Under the pieces are notes generated by a model. That model did not search any database. It was not told where the DNA came from and was given only the letters and a program-made list of their open reading frames with translations. Below are positions 60,301 through 64,000 of a stretch of 64,000 bases of DNA, one piece after another. Made by a program: the position numbers and the translations under genes. This stretch comes from Eledone cirrhosa (taxonomy: Eukaryota): contig OZ024760.1 in NCBI GenBank assembly GCA_964016885.1, positions 7,192,001 through 7,256,000 on the forward strand. Reading direction: 5' to 3'. How positions within the stretch are numbered: the first letter of the stretch is position 1; the number at the start of each line of letters is the position of its first letter.

Positions 60301-63297
60301 TGTGTGTACTTTAGATATGAGACTATATATGTGTGTACTTTAGATATGAGACTATATATGTGTGTGTACTTTAGATATGAGACTATGTGTGTGTACTTTA
60401 GATATGAGACTATATGTGTGTACTTTAGATATGAGACTATATATGTGTGTGTACTTTAGATATGAGACTATATATGTGTGTGCGTACTTTAGATATGAGA
60501 CTATGTGTGTGCGTACTTTAGATATGAGACTATGTGTGTGCGTACTTTAGATGTGAGACACTATATGTGTGTGCGTACTTTAGATATGAGACACTATATG
60601 TGTGTGCGTACTTTAGATGTGAGACACTATATGTGTGTGTACGTACCTATTATGGTGAACACTCCTTTGGGATTAAAGAAATGGACTGTCGACTGTTCTA
60701 AATAAGCAACATGTCTCGTTGTCAGGAGTTAGGTTGGAGTCTCACGTTTTGTAGTCGGAAGTTACGCCCGAGATAAAATTGTTTGTACCCCCGCATCGTA
60801 GAAAATATAACCAGTCCAAATGGTTAAAATAGTCCGCTGAATCCATTTCTTTAATCCCAAAGGGGTGTTCACTACAACAGTACCTTAACTATGAAACACT
60901 ATATATATGTATGTACCTTAAACATGACACTATACATATGTATGTACCTTAAACATGACACTATACATATGTATATATGTATGTACCTTAAACATGACAC
61001 TATACATATGTATATATGCATGTACCTTAAACACGACACTATACATATGTATATATGTATGTACCTTAAACATGAGACTATACATATGTATGTACCTTAA
61101 ACATGACACTATACATATGTATGTACCTTAAACATGACACTATACATATGTATATATGCATGTACCTTAAACACGACACTATACATATGTATATATGTAT
61201 GTACCTTAAACATGAGACTATACATATGCATATATGTATGTACCTTAAACATGACACTATACATATGTATATATGTATGTACCTTAAACATGACACTATA
61301 CATATGTATATATGCATGTACCTTAAACACGACACTATACATATGTATATATGTATGTACCTTAAACATGACACTATACATATGTATATATGCATGTACC
61401 TTAAACATGACACTATACATATATATATATGTATGTACCTTAAACATGACACTATACATATGTATATATGTATGTACCTTAAACATGAGACTATACATAT
61501 GTATATATGCATGTACCTTAAACACGACACTATACATATGTATATATGTATGTACCTTAAACATGACACTATACATATGTATATATGTATGTACCTTAAA
61601 CATGACACTATACAAATGTATATATGTATGTACCTTAAACATGACACTATACAAATGTATATATGTATGTACCTTAAACATGACACTATACCTATGTATA
61701 TATATATGTACCTTAAACATGACACTATACATATGTATATATGTATGTACCTTAAACGTGACACTATACATATGTATATATGTATGTACCTTAAACATGA
61801 CACTATACATATGTATATATGCATGTACCTTAAACATGACACTATACATATGTATATATGTATGTACCTTAAACATGACACTATACATATGTATATATGT
61901 ATGTACCTTAAACATGACACTATACATATGTATATATGTATGTACCTTAAACATGACACTATACATATGTATATATGTATGTACCTTAAACATGACACTA
62001 TACATATATATATATGTACGTACCTTAAATACAAGACATTATATATACATGTGTGTGTATGTAGACACCTTAAATATGAGACACTATATACAATATATAT
62101 TGTAAACGTGGTTGGTGTTAGGAAGGGCATCCAGCTGTAAAATACCTGGCCGAATTTATAGTCCTCGTCAGAGCAGGTACAACATGGCCACCCATGGCCA
62201 GACCTGACCCGTGTAACCCATGCAAGCATGAAAAAAATTGACGCTAAACGGAAATGATGACTGAATGATGATATATGTGTATCATCATCATCATCATTTT
62301 ACGTCCTCTTTTCCCTGCTTACAAGGGTGGGACGGACACTGATTCTGGCTTGATTTCTACAGCTGGATGCCCTTCCTAACACCAACCTCATTTACAGTGT
62401 GGGCTGGGTGCTTTTTTTTTCCGTGGCACCTACACGTCCACTTTACAGTGAGTGCTGGGTGATTTTTTTTTCCGTGGCACCTACACGTCCACTTTACAGT
62501 GCGGGCTGGGTGATTTTTTGCCGTGGTACCTCCACAACCACTTTGCAGTGGAATGATAGGGACCCCAGTCCTATCATCTCATTTCTACAGCTGAGTAAAC
62601 TGGAGCAATGTGAAATAAAGTGTCTTGCTCAAGGAAACAACACATCATCTGGTCTGAGAATTGAACTCACAACCTTTCGATTGCAAGGCTCTAACCCCTA
62701 AGCCATGTGCCTCCAATCTATTAATATAATAGCCGTGTAGAGATGACTGAGGAAGGGGTGTGTTTGTATCACTTGTGTGAGTGAGCATGAAGGGACCACC
62801 CAACCAAACAACAAACAAACATCTCTTTTGTATATTATGTGTAAATATTACAATTAGCCGTCATTTTTGATGGCACGGGGTCAGCTAGTTTATATATATA
62901 TCATCATCGTTTAACATCCATCTTCCACACTAGCATGGGTTGGACGGGTTTGTCCCAATTGAGGCAAGATTGGTCGGGTCACTGTGTCTCGCTCATACAG
63001 AACTGTTTCTGACAGGTTTTCTAAGGTTGGATGCCCTTCCTAACACCAACCACATTTACAGTGTGGACTGGGAGCCTTTTTACCGTGTCTCCTACACAAC
63101 CGCTTTACATGTCGACTGGGTGCTTTTTTACCGTGTCTCCTACACAACCACTTTACATGTGGACTGGGTGCTTTTTGTTGTGTGTGTATATAATATATAT
63201 ATATATGTGCACATACCTTAAATGTAAACTTTGAAGAACTCATTACTTCAATGATATTGAACGCAGCCCAACTAATGTCATAGCCAAGCATTTGAAG
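5292..63297 (-). CDS. AP3D1: AP-3 complex subunit delta, spliced gene, 32 coding exons in window, 5' end outside window
   Basis: Joined exons read [20 protein letters not shown]...[12 protein letters not shown]...GELNPVA...[17 protein letters not shown]...; colinear with delta-adaptin as recalled; exon lengths sum to 3615 nt, in frame. Confidence 0.98.
6112..6152 (-). ncRNA. Minimal Penelope-type hammerhead ribozyme motif
   Basis: CTGATGA-A-GGAC(tggt)GTCC-GAAA-CGT-TA; palindromic AACGTT stem III; weak stem I. Confidence 0.65.
6272..9112 (-). mobile_element. RTE-clade LINE, 5'-truncated, young: end of APE endonuclease, complete RT, 3' UTR and (GAT)n tail
   Basis: Uninterrupted ORF from ~9110 to 6627 with [74 protein letters not shown]; flanked by (TA)n. 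Confidence 0.96.
6627..9110 (-). CDS. RTE LINE ORF (partial endonuclease plus reverse transcriptase with PHD-like insert); no native start
   Basis: 849-aa track ORF; its first ~21 aa come from flanking microsatellite and the neighbouring repeat. Confidence 0.85.
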   Translation of the reverse strand, partial: FKKRDNHLITYRSGEHTSQVDYILTRRRDRVSVVNTKSLPHEECTSQHRLIISDLIVRTRRTRQQKRTILRRKIWKLKDPTARNKFQSILLDAFDSKEEHLESDNIEGQWKFLKANLLLATDEVCGWSRPVGRRRVTWWWNSKVEGSIKAKKQAWKVWRDGGSRVDYQVARREARREVYLARREAEERKFKHVLQRDDQKREVFRIARQCVKENRDIVGEKCVLNDDGILAITDTDKKVAWKCHYERLLNEENKWEKDSLPHIDPIEGPAVLVEGSIISKAIKDMKTGKAAGPSEIVAEMLKASGTVGHTMVTRIVNQVVQNGVVPKDWHSSIIVNCYKGKGDALDRSNYRGIKLIDQVMKVTEKVIAQLIRERIDLDEMQFGFVSGKSTTDALFIVRQLQEKYLAKGKPLYLAFVDLEKAFDRVPRSIIWWALRKLGVDEWLVRAIQAMYKETVSKVRINNEYSEEFSVKVGVHQGSVLSPLLFIIALQAITEEFKTGCPWELLYADDLTLIAESMAELEKKFQTWKHGLESKGLKINLAKTKVLVCRKENKAAVPSGKWSCSVCRKGVGRNSILCPKCKVWVHKRCSGITGKLTKNIDFTCGRCSGAISSSKCPQNTSSFNCAEGFIEIVDSFRYLGDKISSGGGCSESTVARVRTGWKKFRELIPLLAAKGFSLKMKGRLYDACIRTAMLHGSETWALCAEDIRRLERNEACMLRWMCNSNIRERQSINELRKKLEIRGIRCCLLERRLRWYGHVMRMKVDSCITKCRAIKIDGSHGIGRPRKTWDELINSDLTHLHLSKTMSLDRDLWRYSVTEKTRLASRHL
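9131..9425 (-). mobile_element. 3' end of a second LINE family (C2H2-like tail) with (CAT)n end
   Basis: [21 protein letters not shown] and [16 protein letters not shown]; abuts the long RTE. Confidence 0.65.
10166..10248 (-). CDS. AP3D1: AP3D1 exon [27 protein letters not shown]
   Basis: AG/GT boundaries, 83 nt. Confidence 0.94.
10510..11345. repeat. Degenerate ~120-140 bp tandem repeat; second block at 18850-19380
   Basis: Recurring TAGTATCTTTACTAGTGGACA / ATGTGATGCAGTC / AAGAATGTCTTGCTAATG. Confidence 0.85.
11682..11806 (-). CDS. AP3D1: AP3D1 exon [12 protein letters not shown]...[12 protein letters not shown]
   Basis: AG/GT boundaries, 125 nt. Confidence 0.93.
12579..12664 (-). CDS. 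AP3D1: AP3D1 exon [28 protein letters not shown]
   Basis: AG/GT boundaries, 86 nt. Confidence 0.94.
13165..13410 (+). mobile_element. CR1-type LINE 3' fragment; second copy at 16480-16755
   Basis: [22 protein letters not shown]...SFK, (ATT)n tail. Confidence 0.8.
13559..13696 (-). CDS. AP3D1: AP3D1 ear exon [12 protein letters not shown]...[12 protein letters not shown]
   Basis: AG/GT boundaries, 138 nt. Confidence 0.93.
13915..14270. repeat. C-rich minisatellite, ~38-50 bp unit
   Basis: AGTCAGTATTGCTAC repeated. Confidence 0.9.
14508..14720 (+). mobile_element. piggyBac-type MITE, ~210 bp; copies at ~380-600, 11347-11534, 14821-15033, 20259-20454, 21677-22012, 52459-52662, 53336-53561, 55419-55638, 56509-57088, 58607-58984
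   Basis: TTAA|CCCTTTAGCATTTA ... TAAATGCTAAAGGG|TTAA terminal inverted repeats with TTAA target site. Confidence 0.9.
14821..15033 (+). mobile_element. piggyBac-type MITE copy
   Basis: Same TIRs and TTAA; ends 17 bp from an AP3D1 exon. Confidence 0.9.
15051..15188 (-). CDS. AP3D1: AP3D1 ear exon [20 protein letters not shown]...LNARLIRT
   Basis: AG acceptor, GTTAAG donor, 138 nt. Confidence 0.9.
15275..15485 (+). mobile_element. LINE 3' end, Ingi/Vingi-like zinc-knuckle tail
   Basis: [32 protein letters not shown]...W and (AGA)n tail. Confidence 0.6.
15816..15863 (-). CDS. AP3D1: AP3D1 exon [16 protein letters not shown]
   Basis: AG/GT boundaries, 48 nt. Confidence 0.9.
15920..16378. repeat. 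Minisatellite, ~49 bp x ~9
   Basis: CTCTTGTGCTACCATATCTCTAAGGAAAGACACTGTCT repeated. Confidence 0.95.
17057..17230 (-). CDS. AP3D1: AP3D1 hinge exon [10 protein letters not shown]...[13 protein letters not shown]...CDAP
   Basis: AG/GT boundaries, 174 nt, Lys-rich. Confidence 0.83.
17682..18060. repeat. Minisatellite, ~69 bp x 5
   Basis: TTGGACGCCTTCAATGTGCTTCAGCATTCTG repeated. Confidence 0.95.
18060..18275 (+). mobile_element. RTE LINE 3' fragment
   Basis: [30 protein letters not shown]. Confidence 0.8.
18294..18452 (-). CDS. AP3D1: AP3D1 hinge exon [11 protein letters not shown]...IHLSNE
   Basis: AG/GT boundaries, 159 nt, EDL[DE]FWLS motif. Confidence 0.83.
19405..19542 (-). CDS. AP3D1: AP3D1 hinge exon [11 protein letters not shown]...EDPQAQ
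   Basis: AG/GT boundaries, 138 nt, phase 0-0, open frame; little recognisable homology. Confidence 0.75.
20613..20766 (-). CDS. AP3D1: AP3D1 exon [13 protein letters not shown]...KSKKKKK
   Basis: AG/GT boundaries, 154 nt. Confidence 0.9.
22074..22153 (-). CDS. AP3D1: AP3D1 exon [26 protein letters not shown]
   Basis: AG/GT boundaries, 80 nt. Confidence 0.92.
22560..22850 (-). mobile_element. Old retroelement-like dispersed fragment; related copy at 41440-41760
   Basis: Shared GGGATTGG...GTGCAA(A/G)GCCTTTCCTCACTTAA segment in both copies. Confidence 0.5.
22870..23320 (+). mobile_element. Short 5'-truncated copy of the RTE LINE at 6272-9112
   Basis: Encodes [20 protein letters not shown] and a near-identical 3' UTR with (GAT)n tail. 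Confidence 0.92.
24655..24869 (-). CDS. AP3D1: AP3D1 exon [11 protein letters not shown]...VSTVMDMPE
   Basis: AG/GT boundaries, 215 nt. Confidence 0.9.
25800..26380 (-). mobile_element. Old degenerate RTE RT fragment related to the long copy
   Basis: [10 protein letters not shown]...[12 protein letters not shown]...INLAKSEV...GKWP with stops and frameshifts. Confidence 0.75.
26610..27580. repeat. Minisatellite, 37 bp x ~26
   Basis: CACAGGGATACAGTGTACCTATTGTAAACCAGATACA repeated. Confidence 0.95.
27793..27871 (-). CDS. AP3D1: AP3D1 exon [26 protein letters not shown]
   Basis: AG/GT boundaries, 79 nt. Confidence 0.93.
29089..29157 (-). CDS. AP3D1: AP3D1 exon [23 protein letters not shown]
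   Basis: AG/GT boundaries, 69 nt, conserved EQxxNPxYxK. Confidence 0.92.
29185..30070 (-). mobile_element. Head-to-tail cluster of three tRNA-derived SINEs, same family as 4050-4500
   Basis: Direct repeats visible in sequence. Confidence 0.88.
30085..30480 (+). mobile_element. LINE RT fragment
   Basis: [23 protein letters not shown]...ADDMVLL. Confidence 0.85.
31025..31085 (-). CDS. AP3D1: AP3D1 exon [20 protein letters not shown]
   Basis: AG/GT boundaries, 61 nt, phases fit neighbours. Confidence 0.88.
31898..31996 (-). CDS. AP3D1: AP3D1 exon [18 protein letters not shown]...
   Basis: AG/GT boundaries, 99 nt. Confidence 0.93.
32788..32933 (-). CDS. AP3D1: AP3D1 exon ACCVLQLVK...[18 protein letters not shown]
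   Basis: AG/GT boundaries, 146 nt. Confidence 0.95.
33020..33502. repeat. Minisatellite of ~15-19 bp TAAGAC subunits
   Basis: TAAGACATGTATCATCT variants repeated up to the exon donor. Confidence 0.9.
33513..33744 (-). CDS. AP3D1: AP3D1 exon [15 protein letters not shown]...SADLEVQER
   Basis: AG/GT boundaries, 232 nt. Confidence 0.95.
33816..34046. repeat. Imperfect inverted repeat, ~70-bp arms around a CTGAAGA...GAAA core
   Basis: TATTAGAAAAAAAAC..GGAAG...GTATCGACCTGTTAT versus ATAACAGGTCGATAC...CTTCC..GTTTTTTTTCTAATA. Confidence 0.85.
34655..34758 (-). CDS. AP3D1: AP3D1 exon AVLLDNSH...[15 protein letters not shown]
   Basis: AG/GT boundaries, 104 nt. Confidence 0.95.
35254..35380 (-). 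CDS. AP3D1: AP3D1 exon [18 protein letters not shown]...AVQQM
   Basis: AG/GT boundaries, 127 nt. Confidence 0.95.
35405..35740 (-). mobile_element. tRNA-derived CORE-type SINE with RTE-like 3' tail; near-identical copies at 39030-39310, 47365-47698, 56715-57050, 62285-62715, 2225-2470(+)
   Basis: A-box TGGCTTAGTGG, B-box-like GAG(C/T)TCAATTC, CCTTGAGCAAG(G/A)CACTT core, GGAAGGGCATCCAGCTGTAGAAA tail segment shared with the RTE 3' UTR. Confidence 0.9.
35936..36063 (-). ncRNA. Type I hammerhead ribozyme motif with long stem II
   Basis: TGTTT-CTGAGGA-GGAcGGCCGGTTGA...TCAATCGACCcTCT-GAAA-TGATCG-TA-AAACA. Confidence 0.65.
36478..36946. repeat. Minisatellite, ~56 bp, each unit containing the exon's 5' splice site
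   Basis: CCCAGACAACTTACCATT occurs 7 times plus the real donor. Confidence 0.95.
36943..37091 (-). CDS. AP3D1: AP3D1 exon [13 protein letters not shown]...NYQYVINFE
   Basis: AG/GT boundaries, 149 nt. Confidence 0.95.
37390..37535 (-). CDS. AP3D1: AP3D1 exon [18 protein letters not shown]...LDLLYGM
   Basis: AG/GT boundaries, 146 nt. Confidence 0.95.
37757..38054. repeat. Near-perfect palindrome with ~140-bp arms, each carrying CTGATGA-stem-GAAA
   Basis: Arms 37757-37896 and 37915-38054 are reverse complements; one mismatch seen. Confidence 0.95.
38461..38987 (+). mobile_element. RTE 3' UTR copy with internal duplication
   Basis: Matches 6272-6640 in reverse and 22950-23320. Confidence 0.9.
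39380..39428 (-). CDS. AP3D1: AP3D1 exon [16 protein letters not shown]
   Basis: AG/GT boundaries, 49 nt. Confidence 0.95.
39640..40340. repeat. Minisatellite, ~97 bp x ~7
   Basis: CAGTCACAACTCCTGGCAGAAG...CCAGATCAGACCAAGGAAC repeated. Confidence 0.93.
42880..43260. mobile_element. Penelope-like element remnants: GIY-YIG piece (+) joined to RT-EN linker piece (-)
   Basis: (+) C..KLELCLLN...[12 protein letters not shown]...TTSLSNHIW; (-) [20 protein letters not shown]. Confidence 0.75.
45346..45462. repeat. Nested hairpin element
   Basis: 30-bp outer stem and ACAGCTAGTTCC/GGAACTAGCTGT inner stem; related end at 1-30. Confidence 0.88.
47365..47698 (-). mobile_element. CORE-type SINE, full-length copy
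   Basis: Near identical to 35405-35740. Confidence 0.9.
48034..48568. repeat. Element with perfect ~58-bp terminal inverted arms
   Basis: 48034-48092 is the reverse complement of 48510-48568. Confidence 0.9.
48459..48530 (+). ncRNA. Hammerhead ribozyme-like motif with decayed cleavage site
   Basis: TATTTTAT-CTGACGA-AAAcgCAAATGTCATC(gcat)GATGATATTTGTTTTT-GAAA-TGCG-CA-taATAAAATA. Confidence 0.55.
49646..49695 (-). CDS. AP3D1: AP3D1 exon [17 protein letters not shown]
   Basis: AG/GT boundaries, 50 nt. Confidence 0.93.
49890..51897. repeat. 20-21 bp satellite, ~2 kb, with a 483-bp higher-order duplication
   Basis: GATAGCATATATTGTATGGA variants. Confidence 0.96.
52337..52386 (-). CDS. AP3D1: AP3D1 exon [17 protein letters not shown]
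   Basis: AG/GT boundaries, 50 nt. Confidence 0.95.
53714..53787 (-). CDS. AP3D1: AP3D1 exon [24 protein letters not shown]
   Basis: AG/GT boundaries, 74 nt. Confidence 0.95.
53885..53975 (-). ncRNA. Hammerhead ribozyme-like motif; homologue at 44915-45005(+)
   Basis: CTGATGA...GAAA-CACG-TC; both copies share TTCCAGAGTC(T/A)GGCCTGATC and CTTGAGCTGATT. Confidence 0.5.
55023..55162 (-). CDS. AP3D1: AP3D1 exon [21 protein letters not shown]...IKIIKL
   Basis: AG/GT boundaries, 140 nt. Confidence 0.95.
55822..56064. mobile_element. Second TTAA-flanked element family; inverted copy at 49267-49507
   Basis: TTAACCTGTTGACTG...CACTGAAGAGGTTAA; reverse-complement match to 49267-49507. Confidence 0.7.
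56715..57050 (-). mobile_element. CORE-type SINE, full-length copy nested in a MITE
   Basis: Near identical to 35405-35740; MITE halves on both sides. Confidence 0.9.
57177..57306 (-). CDS. AP3D1: AP3D1 exon [14 protein letters not shown]...KEKLEDPDP
   Basis: AG/GT boundaries, 130 nt. Confidence 0.95.
57440..58090. repeat. (GGT/GAT)-derived 24-bp repeat
   Basis: GATGGTGGTGATGGTGGGGATGAC repeated. Confidence 0.93.
58148..58255 (-). CDS. AP3D1: AP3D1 exon [14 protein letters not shown]...LANDIMTL
   Basis: AG/GT boundaries, 108 nt. Confidence 0.95.
59210..59420 (+). mobile_element. Third tRNA-derived SINE; tail fragments at 49110-49245, 52660-52840, 53280-53335, 58985-59080
   Basis: A-box TGGCTGAATGG, B-box GGTTCAATTCC, dispersed body copies. 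Confidence 0.65.
59511..59591 (-). CDS. AP3D1: AP3D1 exon [27 protein letters not shown]
   Basis: AG/GT boundaries, 81 nt. Confidence 0.95.
59750..60640. repeat. Minisatellite, ~29-33 bp
   Basis: TACTTTAGATATGAGACTATATGTGTGTG repeated. Confidence 0.95.
60653..60875. mobile_element. MITE-like element with ~30-40 bp terminal inverted repeats
   Basis: GTGAACACTCCTTTGGGATTAAAGAAATGGA ... TCCATTTCTTTAATCCCAAAGGGGTGTTCAC. Confidence 0.75.
60881..62090. repeat. Minisatellite, 39 bp x ~29
   Basis: TACCTTAAACATGACACTATACATATGTATATATGTATG repeated. Confidence 0.95.
62285..62715 (-). mobile_element. CORE-type SINE with triplicated internal unit
   Basis: Same head and tail; internal CCGTGGCACCTACACG unit repeated. 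Confidence 0.88.
63217..63297 (-). CDS. AP3D1: AP3D1 exon [27 protein letters not shown]
   Basis: AG/GT boundaries, 81 nt. Confidence 0.95.
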
Positions 63298-63339
63298 CTG
63301 AAAAACAGAGATACACAAATTATTGATATTGCTATTGTT

Positions 63340-64000
63340 CAACACCACTACCACAACCTACACCACAACCAACACTACCACCAACACTACCACCAACACC
63401 ACCAACACCACAACAACCAACACCACCAACACCTCAACCAACACCAACACTACCACCAACACCACCAACACCTCAACCAACACCACTACCCCAACATCAC
63501 CACAACCAACACCACTACCACCACAACCAACACCACTACAACCAACACCACTACCACTACAACCATCACCACCACTACCACTACCTCAACCACCACAACC
63601 AACACCACTACCAACACCACAACCAACACCACTACCACCACTACCATCAACACAACCAACACCTCAACCACCACTACCAACACCTCAACCACCGCTACCA
63701 ACACCACTACCACCAACACCACTACCACCAACACCACCACCACCCCAACATCACCACAACCAACACAACTACCCCAACACCACCACAACCAACACCACTA
63801 CCACCACAACCAACACCACTACAACCAACACCACTACCACCACTACCAACACCTCAACCACCTCTATCACCACAACCAACACCACTACCAACACCACTAC
63901 CACCACAACCAACACCAGTACCACCACAACCAACACCAGTACCACCACAACCAACACCACTACCACCACAACCAACACCAGTACCACCACTACCATCAAC
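63340..64000. repeat. (ACC/AAC)n low-complexity tract
   Basis: Degenerate trinucleotide repeat. Confidence 0.95.

Noticed and set aside
61078-62229. 298-383 aa ORFs on both strands
   Set aside because: 39-bp minisatellite, no protein features

Overview
Eukaryotic, AT-rich, microsatellite-dense genomic DNA. The SINE, RTE and MITE content suggests an octopus or other coleoid cephalopod (inference). The window is dominated by a minus-strand multi-exon gene for AP-3 complex subunit delta (AP3D1). I traced 32 coding exons by hand from 63297 down to the stop at 5292-5294; all are GT-AG, phase-consistent and sum to 3615 nt. The first ~64 codons lie beyond the right edge. A convergent plus-strand last exon at 705-752 resembles the C-terminus of AADAT/KAT2. 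The introns hold a young 5'-truncated RTE LINE whose reverse transcriptase carries an inserted PHD-like finger, its short partners, tRNA-derived SINEs, piggyBac-type MITEs, mariner/CR1/Vingi/Penelope remnants and many minisatellites. The most notable signal is about ten Penelope-type minimal hammerhead-ribozyme cores of several sequence families, often inside long inverted repeats and usually within (TA)n tracts. A second notable signal is a minisatellite made of copies of a real 5' splice site. Most ORFs in the supplied track are repeat artefacts.
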